A stretch of 64,000 bases of DNA from Mobula hypostoma (taxonomy: Eukaryota), in contig NC_086108.1 in the NCBI RefSeq assembly GCF_963921235.1, forward strand, positions 29,390,001 to 29,454,000, read 5' to 3'. The notes beneath the pieces were generated by a model. That model saw only the letters and a list, made by a program, of their open reading frames with translations. It did no database searches and had not been told where the DNA came from. Shown here piece after piece: positions 50,119 through 62,429 of the stretch. Every line of letters begins with the position of its first letter. Within the stretch, counting starts at the first letter, position 1. Made by a program: the position numbers and the translations under genes.

Positions 50119-53054
50119 AATGAGCAGGTTTTGTTTACACAGATAGCATGTATCAATTTAATCAGCAGTTCAATAAATACACAAAGATCACTTGACATAG
50201 TAACCACCCCTCCACGGCTTTGTAATGAAGTGCATCAAAAGAATGAAAGACTGATAAAAAAAACAATTGCCAAAAGTGAAGAGAGAACTGAAAATAGTTT
50301 CACCATTCCTAGGAATGACCACATACCGCAGTATTGCACTTTTGAATTTAATATTTTGACAGCTCATTCATATACTGTGGTGTCCATGAATTGGGCATTC
50401 TTAACCCATGTTCTCCCTTAACAAAAAAACTACATGATGATCTTTCACCAGGGCTTAGAGTGTAATGGGTTATAAAGAAATAGAGTCATAGAGCGCTACA
50501 GCACAGAAACAGGCCCTTCAGCCCATCTAATCCATGCCAAGCTATTATTCTGCCTAGTCCCATTGACCTACACCTGGACCATAGCCCTCCTTGCCCCTCC
50601 CATCCATGATCTTAATTAGCAATACAGAGCTCTACAGAGATGTTGTGGAGGATGAGAAAGAACAAAAGGGGTAGGTTTATAATGTCAGTAATGTGGCTGA
50701 AAGCAAAGTGAATAGAAGACAAAGAAGATAGTACAATAGTTAAAATAAGCACTAATGGGACGTAAAAGAACAAAAGTTCAGTTCGGCATTCCATCAAAGA
50801 CCAATTTCAGAAAAAGCAGTACCAATATTTAGGATCTGAGATAGCTGAATGCAATACTGAGTCCAAAAGCTGTGAAATGTGTACTGTATAGAAGAGGTGA
50901 TATTCCTTGAGCTTCCCTTGAGCACTACAAGGTCAGTATAAAAGAGAAAGGTTGGAACCTGCGTAGACTGCAGAATCAAATTGATTATTAGCTGTAACAA
51001 CAGGATCAAACTTGTAAACTGAGTGAAAGTAATTCACGAAGCCATAACCTGGCTTAACACTGCCCCCTCAGTGCAGAAAGACCCATTATTTGCACTGAAT
51101 ACAGTACACACAATTAGAACAATGAATCAATAGGCCGGGGTTCAAGCCTGGAGTTCAGGGTCCCATTATCAGCTAATTCCGGGGACGATACCGAAGATCG
51201 AAACCCGAGGGTCAATGGGAAGCCAGAAATCAACGCCAATAGCCAAAGCCTGGAGATTGGAAGCCTGACCTGGTGCCAGAGGACTGTCCATGTGTGTGGG
51301 TGATGCAAGGGTACATTTTTCCCTCGGAGCTGTGCAGCTGTGCGGCCATGCAGTAACTGAAATGTGCCCATGCACATAGCTTTTGTTGCGGTACAGCTGG
51401 AATTTTCTTTTATATCATGTTAATATAGTTTTAAAATCTAAGCTAATACAACTGTGAAATACCCTGTAATTACTGTGTTAATGAATATACTGCTTACATT
51501 TTCTAAATAATAAACATACCACAACCTTTACTTTGAAACATTTTAGAGCTTCAATTTATTTACATTGTCAGTGTTTCAAGCTACAACACTATTACAAATT
51601 GTAACAATAAACACAGAATGGAAGTCAGTTGCTCATTGTTAATAGGCCACCGGCCCACTGAATGCTGACGCCATAATATGTATATTACAAAAAAAAACAC
51701 ACAAAGTGCCGTCATTTTTCAGGTTGTGTTAAAGTTTCCTGCTCAGAGAAATAGTTAGTCCGCAAAACTGTTAAAAATAAACAGGAAGTGTTAGGAAGGG
51801 AGGGAAAGGACTTGTTTTTCTGTTGTTGTTTTGTTGCTTGTGTGTACCATATTGTTGTACCTTGTTCTGTTCGACTGAGCATTGTGGGTATGCAACATTG
51901 TCGTCGGAATGTGTTGCAACACTTGAGGGCTGCCCCCAGCACATTTTCTGAGTGTTTTGATTGTTAAAGAAAATCACACATCTCATGGTTTGTTTTAATG
52001 TAATGTGGAATGAAGACTGGTATTTGGTTGTGTGGGGAAATGGAATATTCCCTGGTGCCACCTTAGTGCAGAGGTTCCACTTGCTGAGAAGAATATGTCT
52101 CAGGTTAGGAAAATGACACATATATTACACCCTTCATGGATGCAGGTGGGGAGATGTTGAAACAGAAAACTGACAATAAAATAGAGAAAGAGGCTGAAAT
52201 GATGGATGTAACAGAAAAGGAAATTGTGAACCTTGGATGTTGACTGTGAAGATTGACACCCCATGGAGATCATATCTATAGAACAGATAAAGTCTGAAGC
52301 AATGGGTTGACATTTGGTCATGGGATCAATGTGTAGGAAATGGCATTTAACCTCTGTAAGGTAAAAATAATTGTACTAAACACCAAGAACACCCCATGAA
52401 CACAACAGATTCAGCAGATGCAGGAAATCTTGAGTAAGACAAATAAAGTGACAGAGGAACTCAGCAAATCAGGCAGCATCTGTGGAGGGGAATAAGGAGT
52501 CAACATTTTGGACTGAGACCGTTCATCAGGACTCCACAGAAGCTGTGTGGGTTCCTCCAGCACTTTGTGGGTATTGAATTAGGACACAACACCTTGTTAG
52601 ATATTTTAATAACTATGTCAGGCTTTGACAAAAGAGTGCAAAGGACATTGAGTTTGTAGACCATCAGATCCCAGCAGGCTAGGTAGGATGGAGGAACGGG
52701 TGGCTAAGAATTTAAAAGCACAATGAAAAAGAGCTGGAATCGTTATTCACAATAGATATTTTAAAATAGAAAAATAATGGAATTTTATCAAACAAACATA
52801 AATACACATTTCTGACACAGGAGAAAATAAATATATTGACTTTATTGGGTCAGATTTGCAATCTTTGCACTTACCATGAAAAAATAACACTGTGAAACAT
52901 AATATTCATCAACAAGCCAAAATATGAATAAATATTTTTTTTTCAAACACCCTGTGTATTTTTCTACTAAACCTAATCTTAATAGGTAGATCAAATTAGA
53001 GATTAGAGAGTTATCTGTACATGTGGTTTTGGATCACTGGCTATAATTTGTCCT

Positions 53055-54256
53055 GTGTAGTTCACCAGAGGTGGCAAGCACAATAGTAGATCTATATCAG
53101 GTTGAATGAGAACCACACAAGGAGAGCTTAAAATTAAATACAAGTAACTGTGATACTTAATTTTAGTATCAGAAGCCTACCTCTGGGTTAATAAGGAGAA
53201 ATAATTTTGCATTATATATTTTCCTTAATGTAAACTTGAAATTAAGAACAAGCTGTCAAAATTACAGGAAAAAATGGCATCTTAAGAAGGACTAGCCACT
53301 GTTTTGGTTTGTATCATCCTTTAGATATAAGATTCCAACTCAGTGCTTCAGCTGCCTTTTTCAGAAGGGAAAGCATATTAGACCACAGCTCATCTATAGT
53401 CTGCTGTCAGCAGCTAAACAGCCTTCCGTTTACGCTCTTATCTATATAAATCTTGACATAAAAATGCAAACTATTATAATTACTTTCTTACCTGAGTGAC
53501 CTGTTTTTATAGGTGTTGTAAGTGATGTGACATGCTGAGATTTGCAATTGAATCAAATTTATTAAAGATAATTGCAAAATAAGGCTATGTCATTGCTTCA
53601 ACACAATTCAATGCTACTACTTAATATCAGAGCATGCATATACTTCTTACTCTTCACAGAGATCCACGAAATTCATCTGGTGTAGTTCACCAGATGTGGC
53701 CTGCTATTGAAGGAAGTGTTATCATTCAAGCACAATAGTAGATTTAAATAGGCTGAATGAGAACCACACGAAGAGAGATTAAAATTAAATACAAGCAACT
53801 GTGATACCCAATTTCAGTATCAGAAGCCTACCTCTGAAGTATTAAGGAGAAATAATGCTGCATTATAATTTTTTATGTGTTAAATTTAGTTGAAGTTAAG
53901 AAGACACTGTCAAAATGGCATCTTAAGAAGGATCAGCCACTGTTTTGGTTGATAACATCCTTTAAATAAAAGTTTCCAACTCAATGCTTCAGCTGCCTTT
54001 CCTCTTCAGAAGGGAAAGCGTATTAGATCACAGCTCATCTAGAGTCTGCTATCAGCAGTTAACCAGCCTTCTATTTAAGCTCTGATCAATATAAATCCTG
54101 AAATAAAATTGCTAAATGTTGTAATTCCTTTCTTGTCGGAGTGACCTCCTTTCTTACGGGTGTTGTATGTGATGTGACATGATGAGATTTGCAATTGAGT
54201 CAGTTTTATGGAAGATAATTGTCAAATATGGTTGCATCATTGCTTTAACACAATTC
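53055..54256. repeat. Diverged ~560-580-bp tandem duplication (53055-53609 and 53680-54256)
   Basis: Collinear shared blocks such as gtgtagttcaccaga, aagcacaatagtagat, agtatcagaagcctacctctg, aaaatggcatcttaagaagga, gtgatgtgacatg. Confidence 0.9.
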
Positions 54257-54336
54257 TCAATCTTTCTTACCACGGTCCTGCACCTCGTCTCCAATGCTCA
54301 ATCTTTCTTACCACAGTCCTGCACCTTGTCTCCAAT
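54256..54336. repeat. 41-bp tandem duplication
   Basis: ctcaatctttcttaccacRgtcctgcacctYgtctccaat x2. Confidence 0.9.
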
Positions 54337-54779
54337 AATGTTCTGACAGCAATGGTTTGACCTACTGTGACTGTAGTCCAGAATCAAGGTTACCTGACCC
54401 TCAGTAGTTAAGCTGCAATATGCAGATGATGCTTCCCTTTACTTTCAAGCTCCAAGAATTTGCATTCCATTAAGAAATGCACATGAGAGAACATCATCAC
54501 ACTCAACATCCACAACTCAAAATTCCTCTATTAACCTGCTGACTCCGCACCACACAAAATCCCAGCAGTAAAAATTAACAATGCATAAAAATTAACAATT
54601 AACAATAGATGAACCACACCCCTTATTCAGGGAGCCACCTCTTGGCAAAGGCACACATTAGTGATGAAATTCACCATTGACTTCAATGTTCCAGAACAGA
54701 AATTGATTGATTGCCTAAGAGGGTATTTGAAGATCAAGACCCTTAGATCTTACACAAAACACAGATCTACTACACAGAA

Positions 54780-54990
54780 GTGATCACTGCCCAAGAGTCC
54801 TGGACTACCTGCAGAGGGCATCTCATAATACATACTGGAAAAATACCAGCAATGCTATTTTTGTGAAATTCTCCAAATCCATTGGAAGAATAAGTGAACC
54901 AAAATCAGCGTCCTCTTCCAAGTGAACACCCCAAGCATTGAGGCCTCATTCACACTGACAAAGCTTCATTGGGCAAGCCATATTGTTTAC
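54780..54990 (+). mobile_element. Old RTE-clade LINE fragment
   Basis: KILQIHW...PSIEAS...LHWASHIV resembles the RTE C-terminal LRWAGHV region. Confidence 0.55.
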
Positions 54991-56815
54991 ATACACAAGA
55001 AAATCTGCAAATGCTGGAAATCCAAAGCAACATACACAAAAAGCTGGGGGAACTCAGCAGGTCAGGCAACATCTATGGAAAAGTGTAAGCAGTCAATATT
55101 TTGGGCTGAGACCCTTCATCAGGACTGGAAACGAGGGGAATAAGTCAGAGTAAGAAGGTGGGGGAGGGGAGAAAGAAATACAGGTGATAGGTGAAATTGG
55201 GATGGGGAGGGGTGAAGTAAAGTGCTGGGAAGTTGATTAGTGAAAGAGCTGAAAGGTTGGAGAAGGGGGAATCTGATAGGAAAGGAAAGAAGACCATCGA
55301 AGAAAGGGAAGGGAGAGGAATACCAGAGGGAGGTGATGAGGAAGTAAGGAGATAAGACAAGCGAAGGAAACAGGAATGGGAAATGTTGGAGGAGATGGTT
55401 GGGTGGGGGGGGGGGGAATTACCAGAAGTTCGAGAAATTGATGTTCATGCCATAGGTTGGTGGCTACCCAGATGGAATATAAGGTGTTGCTCTTCCAACC
55501 TGAGTGTGGCCTCATCATGGCAGTAGAGGAGATCATGGACTGACATGTCAGAATAGGAATGGGACATAGAATTGATATGCGTGACTACTGAGATATCCCG
55601 CTTTTCATGGCAGACCGAGTGGAGGTGCTTGGCGAAGCGATCTTCTAAGCTACATTTGGTCTCACCAATATGCAGGAGCCCACTCCGGTAATACCAGATA
55701 CAGTAGATGACTACAACAGACTTGCCGGTGAAGTGTTACCTCACCTGGAAGGACTGTTTAGCTCCTGAATGGCAGTGAGGGAGGAGGTGTAGGGGCAAGT
55801 GAGGCACTTGTTCTGCTTGCAGGGATAAGCGCCAGGAGAAAGATCAGTGTGGAGGGACTAATGGACAAGGCAGTCGCTTTGGGGGTGATCCCTGTGGAAT
55901 GCAGAAAGTAGAAAGTGGGGGGTGGGGAATAGATGGAATGTTGTGCTTGGTGTTGGGATCCCATTGGAGATAGTAAACATTATGCAGAATTATGTGCTGG
56001 ACATGTAGGCCAGTGGGTTGATAGGTGAGGACAAGAGGAAATCTGTCCCTGCTGTGATGGTGGGAGGATGGGATGAGGGCAGATGTGAGCAAAATGGAAG
56101 AGATGCAGTTAAGAGCAGGTAAGGAGATAAGGTGAGAGAGAGAAATGGGAATGGGGATTGTTTGGGGGGGGGCGAGGGCTGGAAGGCACTACTGAAAGTT
56201 TGAGAAATCGATGTTCATGCCATCGGGTTGGAGCCTACCCAGACGGAATATAAGGTGTTTTTTCCTCCAATGTGGCCACATCACGACAGTGGAGGAGGCC
56301 ATGGATAGACATGTCAGAATGGGAATAGGAAGTGGAATTAAAATACATGGCCACTGGGAGATGCTACTTTTTCTGACGGACAGAGTATAGGTGCTTGGCA
56401 AAGCAGTCTCGAATCCATGTCGGGTCTCACCAATATACAAGAGACCACACTGGGAGTACAGGATACAATAGATGACCCCAACAGAGTCACAGGTGAAGTG
56501 CCACACTCCTCCTTCCCTCTTCTTCTATTTCCCTCTCTGGCTCCTCTCTTAATCCCTTCTCTTCTCCTCACCTGCCTATTACCTTCCCCTGGTGGCCCTG
56601 CTCCTTCCCTTGCTCCCATGGGCCATACTCCTCTCCTATCAGATTCCTTCTTCACCAGCCCTTCACCTTTTCCACCTATCATGTTCTAGCATGTACTCCT
56701 TCCCCCCCACCACTCATGTTCTTATTCTGGCTTCTTCCCACTTCTTTTCCAGTCCCAATGAAGTGCCAACTGAAATGAAATGAAGTGTCTTGCCCTGAAA
56801 TGCCAACTGTCTATG
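54990..56815 (-). mobile_element. Penelope-like cluster: two minus-strand 3' parts (54990-56120, 56120-56505) plus an inverted plus-strand tail (56505-56815)
   Basis: FTCDSVGVIYCILYSQCGLLYIGET and LQPDGMNIDFSNF; hammerhead remnants at 55091-55126 (-) and about 56750-56810 (+). Confidence 0.8.
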
Positions 56816-58154
56816 GACATTTTGTTGGCATAAGGTGCTTAGTTAGGTGTTTATTTACTATTTTCAATTACTTAGGCACAACATCCATAGGACCTGTTCC
56901 TGTGCTGTCCTGTTTTGTGTTCTAACTCATTATACAGGCATTACAATGTGCTGATAACCATCCCCATTCTGACATTTCTTCCAATCATGAGCGTTCCTTT
57001 TTTCCACACATCCTTCTTCGCTCACTGAAATCCTACTTGCATCTCTCTCTTCCCCAGTTCTGATGAAGGATTGCAGACCTGAAATCTCAATAGTTTCTCT
57101 TTCTAGGGGTACTGCCTCACCAGCTGGATGTTTCCATCATTTTCCGTTTTTGATTCATTTGGAATTGGAATTAGATTTAGCTTGTTATTGTCACATGTGC
57201 CAAGGAACAGTGAAAAGCTTGTTTTGCACACTGTTCATACAGATCAAATCTGTATGGGATTTGTATCGGGATAACTTCTCTCAACTTCACTTGCTCCATC
57301 ATTGAAATGTTCCCACAACCTATGCACTCACTTTCAAGGCTCTTCATCTTATGATAGTTATTGTTTATTTAGTTATTATTTCTTTCTTTCTGTATTTGCG
57401 CAGTTTATTGCCTTTTGCAAATTGGTTGTATGTCCAAGTTAGTGCAGTCTTGCATTGATTCTGTTATGATTATTATTCTGTGGATTTATTGAGTAGGCCC
57501 ACAAGAAAATGAATCTCAGAGTTATACACTGTATGGTGACATAGAAGTACTTTGACAATAAACTTACTTTGAACGTTGAAATCATTACGCAATGCACTGA
57601 ACTAGAACAAAGAAAATACAATGTAGAATGAAGTGTAGCAGCTCCAAGAATGTGCAGTGAATCAGAATCAGAATCGTGTTTAATTTGTTACTGTGTGGCA
57701 GCAGTACAATCCAATACACAATAATATAATCTGTGAATTACAGCAAGTATTGTACATATTATATAGTTAAATAAAGGAAGTAGTGCAAAAGATTGTAGTG
57801 AGGCAGTGTTCATTGGTTCAATGCCATTCAGAAATCTGATGGCAGAGGGAAGAAGCTGTTCCTGAATCATTGAGGTGTGCCTTCAGCCTCCTGTACCTCC
57901 TCCCTGATGAGAGGAGGGCATGCCCTGGGTGACTGAATCCTCAGTGATGGATGCTGCCTTATTGAGGAAAAGAATAATATGTATGATCAAAATGAGGTAG
58001 ATTATAATGTCGGGAGGCCATATTATCACACGAGGGATTTCCAGCATCTGAAGTTTATTTTGATTTTCAAGAAGAAAAAGTGCAATCAGTCACAGCTACA
58101 GCAGCCCCTGCAAACAGACCTTCGCTGCTCAGACTCACATAAAACAGAGGTGTT

Positions 58155-61075
58155 GCAAACATAGAAAACCTGCGGCACAATACAGGCCCTTCAGCCCACA
58201 ATGCTGTGCTGAACATATACTTACTTTAGAAATTACCTTGGGTTACCTTATTTTCAAGCCCTCTATTTTTCTAAGCTCCATGTATCTATCCAAGAGTCTC
58301 TTAAAAGGCCTTCTTGTATCCGCCTCCACTACAGTCGCTGGCAGCCCATTCCATGCACTCACCACTCTCTGTGTAAAAAAATTACCCCTAACATACCCTC
58401 TGCACCTATTTCCAAGCACCTTAAAACTGTGCGCTCTCTTGTTAGCTATTTCAGCCCTGGGAAAAAGCCTCTGACTATCCACAAGATCAATGCATCTCAT
58501 CATCTTATACACCTCTATCAGGTCACCTCTAATCCTCCGTCGCTTCAAAGAGAAAAAGCCACGTTCACTCAACCTATTCTCATAAGGCATGCTCCCCAAT
58601 CCAGGCAACATCCTTGTAAATCTCCTCTGTACCCTTTCTATAGTTTCCACATCCTTCCTGTAGTGAGGTGACCAGAACTGAGCACAGTACTCCAAGTGGG
58701 GTCTGACCAGAATTCTATACAGCTGTAACATTACCTCTTGGCTCTTGAACTCAATCCCATGGTTGATGCCTTCTTAACCACACAGTCAACCTGCACAGCA
58801 GCTTTGAGTGTCCTATGTTCTTGGACCACAAGATCCCTCTGATCCTCCACACTGCCAAGAGTCTTACCATTAATACTATATTCTGCCATCATATTTGACC
58901 TACCAAAATGAACCAGCTCACACTCATCTGGGTTGAACTCCATCTGCCACTTCTCAGCCCAGTTTTGCATCCTATCAATGTCCTGCTGTAACCTCTGACA
59001 TCCCTCCACACTATCCACAACACCCCAAACTTTGTGTCATCAGCAAATTTACTAACCCATCCCTCCACTTCCTCATCCAGGTCATTTATAAAAACTACAA
59101 AGAGAAAGGATCCCAGAACAGATCCCTGAGGCACACCACTGGTCACCAGCCTCCATACAGTATATGACTCTACAACTACACTTTGCCTTCTGTGGGCAAG
59201 CCAATTCTGGATCCACATAGCAAGGTCCCAAGCCTCCTTACTTTCTCAATAAGCCTTGTATGGGGTACCTTATCAAATGCCTTACTGAAATCCATATACA
59301 CTACATCTACTGCTCTACATTAATCAATGTGTTTAGTCACATCCTCAAAAATCTTTTTACACCACGTGAAATGCTCCCCCATGATGCTCCCCTAAATTGC
59401 AAAATGCTCTCCCACTGAGAGACCTGACGCCTGACCAGGTTCATTTCCCAATACCAGATCAAGTACAGACTCTCATCATGTAGGTTTATTTACATAATAT
59501 GTCAGGAAACCTCCTGAAGACACCTAACAAACTCCACCCTGTCTAAACCCCTTGCTCTAGGGAGATGCCAATCAATATCAGGGAAATTAAAATCTCCCAC
59601 CATGACAACCCTGTTATTATTGCTTCTTTCCAGAATCTGTCTCCCTATCTGCTCCTCGATGTCCCTGTTACTATTGGGTGGTCTATAAAAAACACGCAGT
59701 AGGTCTACTGACCCCTTGCTGTTCCTAACTTCCACCCACAGAGACTCTGTAGACAATCCCTCCATGATATCCTCTTTTTCTGCAGCCGTAAAGCTATCTC
59801 TGATCAGCAATGCCAATCCCCCACCTCTTTTGCCTCCCTACCTGTCCTTTCTGAAACATTTAAAACACTTTAAGTAGCCATTCCTGCCCCTGAGCCATCC
59901 ACATTTCTGTAATGGCCATAGCATCATAGCTCCAAGTACTGATCCATGCTCTAAGTTCATCCACTTTGTTCGTGATACTCCTCGCATTAAAATAGACACA
60001 TCTCAAACCATCAGTCTGAGCATGTCCCTTCCCTATCACCTGCCTATCCTCCCTCTCACACTGTCTGCAAGCTTTCTCGAATCGTGAGCCAACCGTTCTT
60101 CCTCTATCTCTTCAGTTCAGTTCCTACCGCCCCCCCCCCCAGAGATTTGAGTTTAAACTCCCCTCACTAGCCTTAGCCAACCTCCCTGCCAGGATGTTGG
60201 TCACCCTCGGGTTCAAGTGCAACCTGTCCTTTTGTACAGGTCACTCCTGCCCCAAAAGAGGTCCCAATGATCCAGAAATCTGAATCCCTGCCACCTGCTC
60301 CAATCCCTCAGCCACGCATTTATCCTCCACCTTACTCTATTCCTACACTCACTGTCGCGTGGCACAGGCAATAATCTTGTTGTTACTACCTTTGAGGTCC
60401 TGCTTCTGAACTGCCTTCCTAACTCCCTGTAGTCTGTTTTCCAGACCTCCTCCCTTTTCCTACCTATGTCGTTGGTACCAATATGTACCAGGACCTCTGG
60501 CTGCTTACCTTCTCACTTCAAGATACCGTAGATGCGATCAGAAACATCCTGGATCCTGGCACCCGGGAGGCAAACTACTATCCGTATTACTTTTCTGCAT
60601 CCACGGAATCGCCTGTCTGACCCCCTAACAATAAAGTCCCCTATCACTGCTGTCATCCTCTTCCTTTCCCTACCCTTCTGGGCCACAGGGCCAGACTTTG
60701 TGCCAGAGACACAGCCACTGTTTCTTACCCCAGGTAGTTCATTTCCCCACCAACAGTACCCAAACAGGAGTACTTATTGTTAAGGGGGACAGCCACAGGG
60801 ATACAGTACTCTCTAGTATCTGATTCTTGCCCTTCCCTCTGCTGACTGTTACCCACTTATCTGTCTCCCGAAGCCCCAGTGTGACTACTTGCCTATAGCT
60901 CCTCTCTATCACCTCCTCTATTTCCCTGACCCGATGAAGGTCATCGAGCTGCATCTCCAGTTCCCTAAGCCGGTCCCTAAGGAGCTGCAGCTCGACACAT
61001 CTGGTGCAGATGTGGCCGTCTGGGAGGCTGGGAGTCTCCCAGACCGCTCACATCTGCAAGAGCAGTGCTACTGAT
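58155..61075 (-). mobile_element. CR1 LINE with ORF1 and internally deleted ORF2, decayed
   Basis: ORF1-like QLDDLHRVRE, APE YRPP and GDFNFP, deletion near 59355, then RT PQGSVLG and FADD, and the 3' tail. Confidence 0.9.
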
Positions 61076-61129
61076 CATATCTGTTACCTCCTAAACAAGA
61101 GGTAAAAATTGGACAGGGGATGATACAAG

Positions 61130-61550
61130 TCATAGAGCCATAGAACTTGCAACATGGAAGCAAGTCATTAGGCCTTACCTGTCCATGCTGACCAGTGGGT
61201 GTCAATCTCATCTCCAAGTCCTTGGTCCATAGCCCTGGTGATTCACATGGTCATCTAGACGTTGCTTAACCAACTTCAGCCATCCTCTCAGGGAGTGCAT
61301 TCTACATACTTACCACTCTCTGGGGGTTGACGGTGGTCTCCCTACTATCCTCTTTAACTTTGTTCCCACTTACACTCACTATGTCCTCTAGTTTTATCTT
61401 TCTCTGATGCGGGCAAGGTTTCCTGCAGTCTACCATTTCTATACCCCTCATAATTTTATATAGTTCAATCATGTCCCCTCCTAACCTCCTCCACTCCATG
61501 GTGAAAAGACCTAGCTCCTCCAATCTCTCCTCATAACTAAACTGCTCAAT
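61130..61550 (-). mobile_element. Old CR1 3' fragment
   Basis: ELGLFTMEWRRLGGDMIELYKIMRG; tail tctatggctctatgact on the minus strand. Confidence 0.75.
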
Positions 61551-62429
61551 CTAAGTCATGAAATCTCTAAAGGCAATAGTCTTCTAAGAGCATGTAGTGG
61601 GTGAAGTTGGTGTGAAAAGAGAAGGTGCTCATGTTTTGGGGTGAGAACTGTATTCTTTTGACAGTTTTTGTGATCCTTAAACCTGAAAAAAGGTCATTCT
61701 TTCACTCTAATTGAAATGTCAAACTGGAGCACGAAGCTGGACAGGCATGTTGTCACTTGTGTTGTTACAGAGCAGCTTAGGGCATGCGTCTGCTTTTGCT
61801 TCTGTTTTCCATGAGATTTCCAAATTGCAACAATGACACAACTATGATGCATTTGAATCAAGCAAGACCCAACTCTGTGTGGTATGAGAATAAGATGTTG
61901 TGGACATTGATGTACAATAACGTTTTCTGGTGTTCTCTCTGAGCATTTCTCTTCACGATTTTTTCTTTCTGGTATATCACGTGTTGAATGTACATTGCAA
62001 ATGTTCTAATTGATAAGATTCTTTTTCTTTATTTTGTGTTATCTACAGCTCAAGTTCCATGCAGAAGTACAGTAATAAGGATATTGAGCCTGATAGTCAA
62101 GAACTTGTTAAATGAGATATCCTTTAAACTCATTTGAAGGGTATTCTGTCACCCTCCTGTGTTGAGCCTTATAAACAAGGACCCTTCAGGTGTCAATTAG
62201 TATGTTATTCCTCACAGTGTACCCAGCATATGGTGTTCTTTTGTAGCCAATGCATTTACCTGGTCAGTTCAGTTAAATTACTGGCCTTCATTGTCAACAT
62301 GACAAAAAAGCAAGTAGCTTTGGCAATGCTTGTGCCACTGAAGGTTGTGTTAAACTTTTTACTTTCTTTTCTGGTAGGAGATTGGTCTTCGTTGGTACCT
62401 TTATCAGCCTAAGCCTGGAGTTAGCTAGT

